Shown here: positions 9,341-19,253 of the stretch, in pieces
Layout: each line of letters begins with the position of its first letter
How positions within the stretch are numbered: position 1 is the stretch's first letter
Virus record (IMG/VR): IMGVR_UViG_3300035698_034402
Span: 1-64,000 of that record
Direction: 5' to 3' (one strand)
From: a virus
DNA: 64,000 nucleotides
The notes under the pieces: generated by a model
What the model was told of the DNA's origin: nothing
Seen by the model: the letters and a program-made list of their open reading frames with translations, nothing else
Database searches by the model: none
Program-made: the position numbers and the translations under genes

Positions 9341-9782
9341 ATCAAACAGCGATCGTGTGGACTTGCCACTTCCGCTGAATCCGGCGGATCCTTTGCATCA
9401 ATTCGCGTTTGCTACGGGTGGCGGCGAGGACCGGTTTAATACCTATCCGGGAATGGATGGCATTCCTCATCGGGCTAAGGGTGTGCGGTTATACCGGAAG
9501 GATGATCCGGCGCGTTCGCAACCTCAGCCAGGTGGGCAGGTGCGCTGCATGCTTTTCGATATTAGTAAGCCGGAGGAGAAACAGGCTTACGAAAAGCAGG
9601 CTTCAAGAATCTTTACTATGGCCCAACAAGGCAAAGCAGTTTTTTGTGCGATTGAACGTAACTTTGATTCTGGTTCCGGTTCTATGAAGGTCTACGTGGA
9701 GTGGATCGAATATTACACTTACGATCCAACTGGACCGAGGGAGCACACTCACGCTGAGCCTGGCTTGCTGCGACGGAGATAA
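9333..9782 (+). CDS. hypothetical protein
   Basis: ORF overlapping the ligase stop; start taken at MAKSNS. Confidence 0.65.
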   Translation: MAKSNSDRVDLPLPLNPADPLHQFAFATGGGEDRFNTYPGMDGIPHRAKGVRLYRKDDPARSQPQPGGQVRCMLFDISKPEEKQAYEKQASRIFTMAQQGKAVFCAIERNFDSGSGSMKVYVEWIEYYTYDPTGPREHTHAEPGLLRRR

Positions 9783-9784
9783 CG

Positions 9785-11311
9785 ATGTTCGCTAAATCTT
9801 CTGACCCGTTCGATAAACCGACTCCTCAGGAATCTGAGCGGATTACTAACAAATATGCTTTGAAGGACTTGAGCTTAGCTCTGCTGTTGGGTCTTATGGG
9901 CGGCGCTGGTGGGCGGGCGGGCGTCGGGGTCTACGGTAATGTTGCCCAGAATCTTCGGCGGCGGCGGCAGAAAGAGGAAGATGAGAGGCGCGGGTCTCGT
10001 GAGTTTAGTTTGTTGGCCAAGTCCTCCGCTGAAGAAAAGATGCAACCCCCACGATGGTTTTACCCCAGTATTATTTTGGGTACTCCAGCGGCCGCGTATG
10101 CTGGTTGGGCAGGAACCGGCAAGCTGATGAAGGGCTATCGGAAAATGCGTGATCGCCAGGAACTGGATAAAGCCAAGCAGGAATTTGAGGACGCTTTGGC
10201 CGAGGAGCAGGCGCTGCGATCCAAGTTTGCTGTGGATCTTAATACTTTGTCCGATGCGTGGTCCGCCGGTGATATTGATGAAGAGCTGAAAAAGGAAGCG
10301 AACGGGATAACCGAGGGCGTTGCTCCGTTTCTTTACACTTTAGCGGCGCTAATGGGCTTGGTGGGCACCGGGACGGGCTGGAAGCTGCTTGGGGAATCTT
10401 CAGAGGAAAAGGGTGTTCGAGCGTACCGGGAAGCTGCGCGTCGGCGGCGGGTAGCTCGTCCGGCTAGTCTGGTGGCGCGCCCTCCGGAACTCACTACTGC
10501 GTTGGCTGCGCGTTCTAAGTCTACCTCCGTATCGCCGCAGACGGAGCGGACAAATGAGCCGGAGGTTGAAGAACCTTACGGCGAAAAAGAGGTGAACAAG
10601 ATGGCGGGCTCTAAGCAAGCTAACATACTTTCTGCGCTGCGTAACGTTGGAAAAGGAATGGGGTACGTCGGGAGAGGTGCGGGACGTTTGGGCAAGAGAT
10701 TTGCGTTGCCTGCGGCGGCGGCTGGGGGCGTTGCAACGCCTGCGATGCTTTACGGCACGGAAGCTGGACGTGGCTTCGTAGGGAATAGGACGATGCAGTC
10801 GCTGCAAGAGAATCCCGAGATGGTCATGCAGGGAATCGGCTCGATGATGCAGAAGAACCCTGAGACGATCATGCAGGGAATCGGCTCGGTAATGAAAGAT
10901 AATCCCAAAGAGATTGCCCAGGGAGTGGGCTCTGCGGTACGGCAGCATCCTGGGGAGATTCTGGGCGGGCTTGGTTCTGCAGCTAAAAATTGGATATCCA
11001 ATCTGGATCCCAGCCTGAGGAATGCTTTGATCGCCGCGGTGCTCGGTACGCTAGGCGGTGGGCTCTATGGCGGATTGTCGGGGCGCGGGACCGGCCGGAG
11101 TGCGATGATCGGCATGTTGCTGTCTGCGCTACTAGGCTACGGCGGGACCAAACTGAAACAAAGTCCTTACGCACAAAACATGTGGCAACAGCACGTGGCT
11201 AGACCGGGGCAGGATCTTTGGCGGCGATACGGCCCTACGTTGGGGCAGGGATCTCCTACGTCCCCGCCTGCGTCTCCGCAGGAACCGAAGCCTTTGAGCA
11301 CGATGCCGTAA
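9785..11311 (+). CDS. putative internal/ejection protein with Gly-zipper segments
   Basis: Several GxxxG hydrophobic helices; AKSS x2, KKEA, KMA and KQA motifs. Confidence 0.65.
   Translation: MFAKSSDPFDKPTPQESERITNKYALKDLSLALLLGLMGGAGGRAGVGVYGNVAQNLRRRRQKEEDERRGSREFSLLAKSSAEEKMQPPRWFYPSIILGTPAAAYAGWAGTGKLMKGYRKMRDRQELDKAKQEFEDALAEEQALRSKFAVDLNTLSDAWSAGDIDEELKKEANGITEGVAPFLYTLAALMGLVGTGTGWKLLGESSEEKGVRAYREAARRRRVARPASLVARPPELTTALAARSKSTSVSPQTERTNEPEVEEPYGEKEVNKMAGSKQANILSALRNVGKGMGYVGRGAGRLGKRFALPAAAAGGVATPAMLYGTEAGRGFVGNRTMQSLQENPEMVMQGIGSMMQKNPETIMQGIGSVMKDNPKEIAQGVGSAVRQHPGEILGGLGSAAKNWISNLDPSLRNALIAAVLGTLGGGLYGGLSGRGTGRSAMIGMLLSALLGYGGTKLKQSPYAQNMWQQHVARPGQDLWRRYGPTLGQGSPTSPPASPQEPKPLSTMP
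10811..10990 (+). repeat. 4 x 45-bp degenerate coding tandem repeat
   Basis: NPEMVMQGIGSMMQK / NPETIMQGIGSVMKD / NPKEIAQGVGSAVRQ / HPGEILGGLGSAAKN. Confidence 0.8.
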
Positions 11312-11328
11312 GAGCGCGGCAGTGAGTG

Positions 11329-11553
11329 ATGTTTGAAATGCTAATAGCAAATAAGCAAACAGATTTAGATAACCAGCCGTGCCCTTCGTGTGGGCGATGT
11401 GCTTTGCAGATGACAGGGGTTCGTTACTCTGAACCATTGCAGTTCATTTCTCATTGTAGAAGTTGTGGCGGCGATTCTCCGGGGGAGGGATCACCTGTCA
11501 AAGTATTATCGGTTGAGGAAGCTGTGAAGAAAGGCCTTAAAGTAACCCTCTGA
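11329..11553 (+). CDS. small Zn-ribbon protein
   Basis: CPSC-x21-CRSC; lies immediately upstream of the RNAP gene. Confidence 0.6.
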   Translation: MFEMLIANKQTDLDNQPCPSCGRCALQMTGVRYSEPLQFISHCRSCGGDSPGEGSPVKVLSVEEAVKKGLKVTL

Positions 11554-11577
11554 GTTTAATGCCGCAAGAGCGACATA

Positions 11578-14500
11578 GTGAATGACATTGGACTGCCGAC
11601 AACGACTACTCGCGCCTTCGACGACGTCGATGCCCTGCGTGGCCGGGTGTACGACGACGTACGTTCCGCATACACTGATTTCTACCCCATTGAGAATAAG
11701 CAGCACCGTCTCGAACTGTCCGACGTCTCCTACGATCAAGACGAACCTACAGGTCTGGAGCGCCAGAAGCGAGCTATCCTCAGTGGCCGCAATCTTCATC
11801 GGCCGCTGAGCGGCACTTGGCGCCTGGTCGACAGAGCCACTGAGCAGGTTCTTGACCAGCGGCGCAGTCGCGTCGCTATGGTTCCTCATGTTACTGATCG
11901 GGGTACTATTGTTTATCGGGGGAGCGAGTACAGCGTCGCAAATCAGCTTCGTTTGAAGCCGGGAATGTACACTCGCAAAAAGGAGAACGGGGAGCTGGAA
12001 GGGCATTTTAATATCATGCCCGGCAGCGGGCCGCCGTTCCGAGTCTTTCTGGATCCTACTAGCGGGGTGTTTTATGCCCGGGTGGGCCAATCCAAGTTTC
12101 CATTATACACCGTGCTCAAATCGCTGGGGGTGGCTGATGCACAGATGGTCGATGCTTGGGGCAAGGAGCTATATGCTTCAAATAAGCTGCAAGACAACCC
12201 TAAGCATCTGAATAAGGCCCACGAGAAATTCACCAGCCGCCGGGCGCAGCTGGGCACCGGGGATCGCGAGCCGGGGGACGTAACCAGTTTGGTCGACGAG
12301 CTACGCGAGACTTTTGGCCGTATGGAGCTGGACCCGGAGGTGATGCGCGACACTCTTGGGCATCCTTACGAACGGGTAAATCCGGAAGTCATTTTGCGGA
12401 CTACGCAAAAACTGGTGGACGTATCTCAAGGAAGGTCCGCGGTCGACGACCGGGATTCTATCGCTTACCAGACGGTCTACGGACCCGAGGATCTTTTTGC
12501 AGAAAGAATTCGCAAGGACGCTGGGAGGCTCTCGCGTAACTTGCTCTGGAAGGCCACCTTTCGCAAGTCGTTAGATCCGGTAGTCAACACCGACGCCCGC
12601 ACTCAGCAACTTCAGACGGTGTTGCTCAACTCCGGGTTAGCGATGTGTTTTGACGCGGATACCTGGGTATTAACGTCTGACGGATTTATCCGTTGGCCTG
12701 ATGTTACAAAAAGTACGAAGTTGGCTTGCTATATAAACGGTCAAGTGGAGTTTTATCGCCCGAAGAAGTTGCATATTTATAATTATACAGGGCGGTTGTT
12801 GGCAGGTCGAACAAAGAACTTTAGTTATCTTGTTACTCCCAATCACCGTCTATTTTGCCGCCCCAAAAAGGACGCTGAGTTCCGCTTTGAAACTGCTGCT
12901 GAGGCGCAGGGATATCAGCGATTCCATCGTGTGGCTTTGGGATGTCGGGCGGCGACCGATGCCCGGAAGGAATTTGTGATTCCTGGATGTAAAGAGAATC
13001 GTTGGGGGCATATGTTGCCTAGTCTCAAGTTTTCGATTCGCGATTGGGCGGCATTTCTTGGTTTCTGGTTTGCAGAGGGCAGCGCGCAAAATAACAGCGC
13101 GAAGCGGAACGACGAGTATCGTGTTACAGTTTCTCAGGTTGCGAAGAACAACCCGGATCTGATGGCTACGATCTCTGCTCTTCTGGACCGACTTGGTCTG
13201 CACTGGCGCTATTGTGAGGCAGCTGCCGAATTTATCATTAGAAGTAAAGTTCTCTGGTCAGAACTCCGAAGCTACGGCATTGGATGCCAGAATAAGAGAA
13301 TTCCAAGATATATCATGGAACTGCCACCGGAGCTGCTTCGCGTATTTTGGGAATTTTACATGGCGGGGGATGGCAACGAATATAACGGCTATCTCAAATC
13401 GTCAACATCTTGCGAGGGATTGGCGAAAGATCTGGTCGAATTGTTTGGGTACATTGGCGAGGGTTCTTCAGCAATTTCGGTACGCGTCAAGGGTAATGGC
13501 TGGTCTGATGAGCACGTTGTCAGTTACAGCCCGAAGCGTACTGAAGCATTTGTTAGTTCTTTGGCTATGTCTAGCAATAAGGGCGAACCCGACGCTTACT
13601 CGTCTGTGGATTATTGCGGCAAAGTCTATTGTGCTGAAGTGCCCGGCGGGTTGTTATATATTATGCGGGATGGAAAGACTCATTGGTCTGGAAATAGTCT
13701 TGAGGAATCCAATCCGATGGATATTCTGGATCAATTGTCCAGGATTACCAGGATGGGCGTCGGGGGAATTCCGTCATCCGATTCAATTCCCGATGAATCG
13801 CGGGCAGTGCAGCCGTCGTACGCGAGTTTTATCGATCCGATACGTACCAGCGAGTCCATGAAGGCCGGTGTGGATAACCGCCTTGCCTACAAGACTCTCA
13901 AAGGTTCCGATGGCCAATTGTACACTCCCATGCTCGACAAACAGGGCGTTACGAAGTTGGTGCCCTCTATTGAGGCCTCTCGCCGGGTGATTGCTTTCCC
14001 GGGAGAGGTCGAGCAGGCCAAGAGGGAGGGACGTCTGGTTCGGGCCATGGTTCGCGGGCAGCTGCGCTTTGCGAAGCCCGAAGACGTGGACTACGAGATT
14101 CCTTCCGTTGAGGACATGATGTCCGGCCCGGCGCATCTGGTGCCGTTTTTGTCCGGGGTCAAAGGCCATCGGATGCTGATGGCCACTAAGATGTTCAACC
14201 AGGCGCTAGCATTGAAGGAGCCCGAGGCGCCGTTGGTGCAGACGAGTCGTATCAATCCGGACGATCCGGACGACTCGTTTGAAAAGTGGTTCGGCTCCAA
14301 GATGGGGGTGGTACGAACCAAGCAGGCGGGGGTAGTTAAGTCGGTCGACGAGGACCATATTGCGGTGCAGACGCCGGATGGTGTAACGCGTTACGAACTT
14401 TATCGGAACTTCCCGTTCAATCGCCGCGCATTTCTCCACAGCACTTCTGCAGTGCGGCCGGGGCAGCCGGTGCGGCCCGGCGATCTGCTGGCCAGCTCGA

Positions 14501-17019
14501 ATTTCTCCGACACGGAGGGAACGCTTGCGTTGGGGAAGAACCTGCGGGTGGGCTATCTGCCGTTTCGCGGTTTGACGCACGAGGACGCTTTCGTAATTAG
14601 CGAAGGCGCTGCAAATCGCCTCCTTTCCGAACATATGTATCAGCACGATGTGGATATTATTCCCGGTCAGAAGGTATCTACGCGGTCTTTCCTGGCGAAG
14701 TTTCCCGCAGTTTATCCGCGGAAGATTATCGACCGCTTCGACGATAACGGAGTCATTCGTCCGGGCACCGAGGTGCAGAAGGACGATCCGCTGGTGTTAA
14801 GCATCACTCGCCGCCCGAAGAAGGGGCAGGGGGTGTTGCACAAGATGGCCAAGGATCTGTGGTCGAATACTTCTGAGATCTGGAAGCACGACTCTCCGGG
14901 GGTGGTCACCGACGTGCACGCTGGACCTCGTGGAGTCAACGTGGTGGTCAAGAGCTACCATCCTATGGAGGCGGGTGACAAGCTCACTGCGCGTTTCGGC
15001 AATAAGGGGGTGGTGTCACAGATCGTCCCTGACGATCAAATGCCCCAGGACGCAGAAGGCCGCCCGCTGGAGGTGCTTATGCACCCCTTTGGGGTCATCA
15101 GCCGTGGTAATCCCGCTTCGATTCTGGAGGCTGCGCTCGGCAAGATCGCGGCTAAAACCGGGAAGCCTTACCGGGTGCCGGGTTTTGCGGAGGGCGATCT
15201 GCGGGAATTCGTGGAACGCGAGCTGGCCAGGAACGGCATGTCGGACACCGAGTCGGTTTGGGATCCTGAGCGCCAGGCAAAGATTCCTAATGTCTTCGTA
15301 GGGAACCAGTTCTTTATGAAGCTGCACCATCGGAGCGAGGACAAGCTGGGCGGGCGCGGAGATGAGGCGGGGTATACCGCGGATATGATTCCGGGCAAGC
15401 AGAAGGGGGAAGCTTCCAAACGAATCGGGCAGATGGAGACTACGAGTTTGCTCTCAAGTGGAGCGACTTCTGTTTTACGGGACGCCAAATTAATTCGCGG
15501 TCAACGTAACGACGAGTTCTGGCGGGCTTTCCGTATGGGCTATCCGCCGCCTACCCCTTCTGTGCCCTTTGTCTATCGCAAGTTCATGGATAGTTTGAAA
15601 GCGGCAGGAGTCAATGTGCAGAAGCGCGGCAATTACGTGCACATCATGGCGCTGACCGACAAGGACATCAACAAGCTGTCCCGCGGTGATATCACCCGCC
15701 CGGAGCTGTTGGACTTCGATACGATGGACCCTATTCCTGGCGGGTTGTTCGATTTGGCAAAGACCGGCGGAGCGGGTGGTTTGGGGTGGAGCGCCATTCC
15801 GCTTCATGAGCCTCTTCCTAATCCAGTCATGGAAGAGCCTGTTAGGCGTTTACTGGGGTTGACTAAAGAGAAATTCCGCGAAGTGCTGTCCGGTAAACGG
15901 GAGGTCGGAGAACTGACCGGCGCCCGCGGTATCCAGATGGCGTTGCGCAAGATCAATGTCGACAAGGAGCTGGAGGGGCAGAAAGCCATTCTTCGGTCGG
16001 GAATGAAGAGCAAGCGGGACGATGCGGTCAAGCGTCTACGGGTGCTTGCCATGTTTGAGCAAACCGGTATCAAGCCGGAAGAGCTGATGCTCTCCAAGAT
16101 TCCGGTGTTGCCGCCGCAGTATCGCCCGATTTCCAAGACCCCGGATTTTCGGGTCGTCGCTGATCCGAACTACTTGTACAGGGAGTTGATGCTTGCCAAC
16201 GATAACCTGCGCGACTTACAGGCCGACCTGGGCACTGCAGGGGTCGGCGCTGAGCGGCTTGCGTTGTACGATACTTTCAAAGCTCTGACTGGGCTAAGCG
16301 ATCCGATACAGCCGAAGTTGCAGCAGAAGAACGTTCGCGGCATTCTGGCGCATCTGCTGGGGCTGCGGTCTTCGCCGAAGGCTTCTACATTCCAACGTAA
16401 GCTCATCGGTACTAATACGGATCTAGTAGGCCGGGCGGTGATTACTCCGAATCCCTCGTTGGACATGGACCAGGTAGGCTTACCGGAGAGCAAGGCTTGG
16501 GTGCTTTATCGGCCGTTCATCGTAAGGAACCTGATGAGGCGGGGCGTAGCTGCGACGACCGCGGCGCACATGGTCTCTGAACAGGATCCCCGTGCGAAGG
16601 ATGCTTTGCTGCGAGAGATGGAACATCGGCCGGTGATCGTCAATCGGGCGCCTACGTTGCATCGGTACGGGATCATGGCGGCGTTTCCGGTGTTGACCAA
16701 GGGGAACACTTTGCAGGTGTCGCCGTTGACAATTGGAGGCTACGGTGGCGATTTTGACGGAGATGCGGAGCAGTTCCATGTGCCGGTCAGCGATGATGCA
16801 GTGGCCGAGGCCAAGGATAAGCTGCTCCCCAGTCGCAACTTAACCGACGTGCGGTTTTTTGACGTACACTACGTCCCCGGTCAAGAATTCTTACAGGGAC
16901 TTTTCAACGCTACTGAGCCGAGTTCCAAGCCGACGCGGACGTTTCGTAATCATCGGGACGTCGAACGGGCTTATCGAGCAGGCAAGATTGGCGCGAACGA
17001 CCGGGTGAAGACCATCTGA
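11578..17019 (+). CDS. multisubunit RNA polymerase beta fused to N-terminal part of beta', intein-containing
   Basis: Beta motifs GKNLRVGY, EDAFVIS, GDKL..RFGNKGVV, FMKLHH, RIGQME; beta' motifs IPVLPP..RP, GRAVI, NRAPTLHR and catalytic DFDGD. Confidence 0.92.
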   Translation: MNDIGLPTTTTRAFDDVDALRGRVYDDVRSAYTDFYPIENKQHRLELSDVSYDQDEPTGLERQKRAILSGRNLHRPLSGTWRLVDRATEQVLDQRRSRVAMVPHVTDRGTIVYRGSEYSVANQLRLKPGMYTRKKENGELEGHFNIMPGSGPPFRVFLDPTSGVFYARVGQSKFPLYTVLKSLGVADAQMVDAWGKELYASNKLQDNPKHLNKAHEKFTSRRAQLGTGDREPGDVTSLVDELRETFGRMELDPEVMRDTLGHPYERVNPEVILRTTQKLVDVSQGRSAVDDRDSIAYQTVYGPEDLFAERIRKDAGRLSRNLLWKATFRKSLDPVVNTDARTQQLQTVLLNSGLAMCFDADTWVLTSDGFIRWPDVTKSTKLACYINGQVEFYRPKKLHIYNYTGRLLAGRTKNFSYLVTPNHRLFCRPKKDAEFRFETAAEAQGYQRFHRVALGCRAATDARKEFVIPGCKENRWGHMLPSLKFSIRDWAAFLGFWFAEGSAQNNSAKRNDEYRVTVSQVAKNNPDLMATISALLDRLGLHWRYCEAAAEFIIRSKVLWSELRSYGIGCQNKRIPRYIMELPPELLRVFWEFYMAGDGNEYNGYLKSSTSCEGLAKDLVELFGYIGEGSSAISVRVKGNGWSDEHVVSYSPKRTEAFVSSLAMSSNKGEPDAYSSVDYCGKVYCAEVPGGLLYIMRDGKTHWSGNSLEESNPMDILDQLSRITRMGVGGIPSSDSIPDESRAVQPSYASFIDPIRTSESMKAGVDNRLAYKTLKGSDGQLYTPMLDKQGVTKLVPSIEASRRVIAFPGEVEQAKREGRLVRAMVRGQLRFAKPEDVDYEIPSVEDMMSGPAHLVPFLSGVKGHRMLMATKMFNQALALKEPEAPLVQTSRINPDDPDDSFEKWFGSKMGVVRTKQAGVVKSVDEDHIAVQTPDGVTRYELYRNFPFNRRAFLHSTSAVRPGQPVRPGDLLASSNFSDTEGTLALGKNLRVGYLPFRGLTHEDAFVISEGAANRLLSEHMYQHDVDIIPGQKVSTRSFLAKFPAVYPRKIIDRFDDNGVIRPGTEVQKDDPLVLSITRRPKKGQGVLHKMAKDLWSNTSEIWKHDSPGVVTDVHAGPRGVNVVVKSYHPMEAGDKLTARFGNKGVVSQIVPDDQMPQDAEGRPLEVLMHPFGVISRGNPASILEAALGKIAAKTGKPYRVPGFAEGDLREFVERELARNGMSDTESVWDPERQAKIPNVFVGNQFFMKLHHRSEDKLGGRGDEAGYTADMIPGKQKGEASKRIGQMETTSLLSSGATSVLRDAKLIRGQRNDEFWRAFRMGYPPPTPSVPFVYRKFMDSLKAAGVNVQKRGNYVHIMALTDKDINKLSRGDITRPELLDFDTMDPIPGGLFDLAKTGGAGGLGWSAIPLHEPLPNPVMEEPVRRLLGLTKEKFREVLSGKREVGELTGARGIQMALRKINVDKELEGQKAILRSGMKSKRDDAVKRLRVLAMFEQTGIKPEELMLSKIPVLPPQYRPISKTPDFRVVADPNYLYRELMLANDNLRDLQADLGTAGVGAERLALYDTFKALTGLSDPIQPKLQQKNVRGILAHLLGLRSSPKASTFQRKLIGTNTDLVGRAVITPNPSLDMDQVGLPESKAWVLYRPFIVRNLMRRGVAATTAAHMVSEQDPRAKDALLREMEHRPVIVNRAPTLHRYGIMAAFPVLTKGNTLQVSPLTIGGYGGDFDGDAEQFHVPVSDDAVAEAKDKLLPSRNLTDVRFFDVHYVPGQEFLQGLFNATEPSSKPTRTFRNHRDVERAYRAGKIGANDRVKTI
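12646..13695 (+). mobile_element. intein with LAGLIDADG endonuclease in RNAP beta
   Basis: Begins CFDADT; LVTPNH block B; FLGFWFAEG and FYMAGDG; ends VYCAEVP...HWSGN with +1 Ser; removal restores the beta segment SGLAM|SLEESNP; visibly lower GC. Confidence 0.9.
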
Positions 17020-17187
17020 GCGACAGGATAATAGAGATGATTGGCCTGGCGGAGAGCCGGTTCAGACCAGACTGGCAGATCGCTAAATATCTGCCTGGCT
17101 GGTAAAATGTGAATAAGTGGAAACTTCGTATCGTAGACGGATTTCTTGACAAGCTCATGTTTCATTGCAGAAAATAGGAGGTCAGAG

Positions 17188-17385
17188 ATGGGTACTGAGA
17201 CCGCACAAAGCCAGTTAGGCCTGGATGAGGTCCGAGGAAACTGGATCGATCCCAATATCGAACCTGGGTTGCTTGATGCAAACGACCCCGAGGCGGTCTC
17301 CGGGCGATCCGCAAGCGATTTTCGATCTAACAAGGACGCCTGGCCCGGCGGGGAGCCGTTTCAAACTAGGCTTGAAGACCGTTAG
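17188..17385 (+). CDS. small acidic hypothetical protein
   Basis: AGGAGG RBS before ATG 17188. Confidence 0.65.
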   Translation: MGTETAQSQLGLDEVRGNWIDPNIEPGLLDANDPEAVSGRSASDFRSNKDAWPGGEPFQTRLEDR

Positions 17386-17414
17386 GCGGGGGTATTCGAC
17401 GAAGGAGAAAATTC

Positions 17415-17729
17415 ATGGCAACGTGGCAAGATGATATGGGGATTGATGCGGTCGATGGGCAGATCCAGGGTTCCACGTCGGATCACGCCAAGTGCGATAC
17501 TAAGTATCCGGCTTCATACCGCGGCGATATCGAGGATGCGCCGCGTGTGTCCGAAGAGTACACGGACCAAGCTGAGCCGCATCCCCAGATAGGGGATACG
17601 GATATGGGTAACGCTACCGGCGGCACTACCGACTGCTCGCGGGTTCATGACACCGAGGTGGCTCACGACGGCTATGGTGGCCGCGGGTCGGGCAAGAAGG
17701 ATGTGGACCCTGCGCTCGACGATCGCTAG
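17415..17729 (+). CDS. acidic Asp/Gly-rich hypothetical protein
   Basis: AAGGAG RBS. Confidence 0.7.
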   Translation: MATWQDDMGIDAVDGQIQGSTSDHAKCDTKYPASYRGDIEDAPRVSEEYTDQAEPHPQIGDTDMGNATGGTTDCSRVHDTEVAHDGYGGRGSGKKDVDPALDDR

Positions 17730-17740
17730 GAGAATAGCTT

Positions 17741-18124
17741 ATGAACACAGCGCTTAAGGTAGTTAAGAGAGCGCAGAGTCTTGGTACGGCGCTTGAGGTA
17801 ATCAAGCGGGCGCGGGATATTAGTGCGCAACGGCGAACCATTCCTGAGAAGTCCGCTTCGCCTGTTAAAGCTGCGGCTGCGTCTGAGGAGCCGAAGTATA
17901 CTTTGCCGGAGGCGGCGGCGCTTCTTGCGAAGGCAGCGCAGGCCATTGTGAAGGCTGCGGCGGAGAAAGCTGTGCAAACGACCAAGGAGGTCGGGACAGA
18001 ACTAAAGGCAGCCGAATATCGTATCCCGCCTATCGAAGTCAACGTGCCGGATCCGGTAGATTACGACAAGCTTCGGCAAGTGGTCCGTGAGGAGGTTGGG
18101 CTGGTCAAAGGAGACGGCAAGTGA
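17741..18124 (+). CDS. KxA-rich head-associated protein
   Basis: AGGAG RBS; KRA x2, KSA, KAA x4. Confidence 0.7.
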   Translation: MNTALKVVKRAQSLGTALEVIKRARDISAQRRTIPEKSASPVKAAAASEEPKYTLPEAAALLAKAAQAIVKAAAEKAVQTTKEVGTELKAAEYRIPPIEVNVPDPVDYDKLRQVVREEVGLVKGDGK

Positions 18125-18840
18125 ATTCATTTAACCCTCGACTAGCGGCGGTTGCCTTAGCCAGAGTGGACCAGTTTGAAAAGCCCGGGTTTGTTCCGGC
18201 GGATGCTGGGGGCAGTATGCCGGTGGACGCAGGCCCTCCAGGAGCCGCTCCAGGCGGGATTCCCCCTGAATTAGCCGCGGCGATGGGAGGAGGCGGAGGC
18301 GGAGGCGGAGGCGGGGCTCCCCCGGGGTTGGATGTGGCAATGGGGGGAGGCGGGGGCGAGATACCCCCCGAACTGGCTGCGGCAATAGGGGGAGGCGGAC
18401 CTTCTCCAGGCGGCGCACCTCCTCCGGGAGGCGGACCCCCTCCAGGCGCCGACATTGGCGAGCAGCTGGCCAGCGTCAACAGTAAGCTCGATCAGCTAAT
18501 CGGGACGCTCCAGGGGTTTCTGATGGGGCAAGAATCGGCGGGCGGCGCTAAGGGTAGCGGAGGCGGAGGTGGTCAGAAGGAATTGCTTGGGCTCGTTCAG
18601 CAGATGGCTACGCAAATGGGCATTTCGTCTCCGGATGCTATGGGCGGCATGGGCGCAGGTGGCGCAGGAGCTGCGGCGCCTTTGGGGGCCGGGATGCCGG
18701 GAGCGCCTGCTGCTCCAGCGGGTCCGTTGGCTCCAGCAATGCCAGGCATGACGTTATCGGCGAGTGACGCGAGAACGCCGCCGAATAAACATAGCCCGGC
18801 TGCGCGGGTTAGCAGGTTGCTTACAGATCTGGCGGTATAA
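18121..18840 (+). CDS. Gly/Pro-rich low-complexity head-associated protein
   Basis: GTGA coupling; poly-Gly tracts; IPPELAAA x2; short coiled coil. Confidence 0.7.
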   Translation: MNSFNPRLAAVALARVDQFEKPGFVPADAGGSMPVDAGPPGAAPGGIPPELAAAMGGGGGGGGGGAPPGLDVAMGGGGGEIPPELAAAIGGGGPSPGGAPPPGGGPPPGADIGEQLASVNSKLDQLIGTLQGFLMGQESAGGAKGSGGGGGQKELLGLVQQMATQMGISSPDAMGGMGAGGAGAAAPLGAGMPGAPAAPAGPLAPAMPGMTLSASDARTPPNKHSPAARVSRLLTDLAV

Positions 18841-19064
18841 TGCGCGTCGTGCTCAAAGGGGAAAAACTTAGCGCTATTCCTGTAGAAAACCAGGGGGTTG
18901 GGCAGGTGGCGGTGTACGACGACGGCGGAGTGTTGCTAGCGCTGATGTGGAAGCGCGATGACGGGACAATTGCTCTCACCCGTGCGGGAGAGGGCGATTT
19001 TGAGCGGTTGACGCAGCAAATGGGTCTGTCCAAGCGTGTAGCTGCCCGCTGTGTCACGTTGTAA
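18840..19064 (+). CDS. hypothetical protein
   Basis: TAATG coupling; 74 aa. Confidence 0.7.
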   Translation: MRVVLKGEKLSAIPVENQGVGQVAVYDDGGVLLALMWKRDDGTIALTRAGEGDFERLTQQMGLSKRVAARCVTL

Positions 19065-19077
19065 GAGGAGAAGTTCA

Positions 19078-19137
19078 ATGTGTCCGTTCAGTATTATCGG
19101 AATTCTGTTGGCGTTTTTCGCGCTGTTCAGTTTCTAA
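19078..19137 (+). CDS. 19-aa hydrophobic micropeptide
   Basis: MCPFSIIGILLAFFALFSF; AGGAGAAGTT RBS. Confidence 0.55.
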   Translation: MCPFSIIGILLAFFALFSF

Positions 19138-19152
19138 ATAGGAGAAGTTGGT

Positions 19153-19236
19153 ATGGGTTTGCTCGAAGCTATCGTAGCTTTCGTGACGTTGATGCTGGGG
19201 TTTTTTAATCTCAGCGACTTCACGTTCCCGTTCTGA
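19153..19236 (+). CDS. 27-aa hydrophobic micropeptide
   Basis: MGLLEAIVAFVTLMLGFFNLSDFTFPF; same AGGAGAAGTT RBS as the previous ORF. Confidence 0.55.
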   Translation: MGLLEAIVAFVTLMLGFFNLSDFTFPF

Positions 19237-19253
19237 ACACGCTGATCGAAGGA

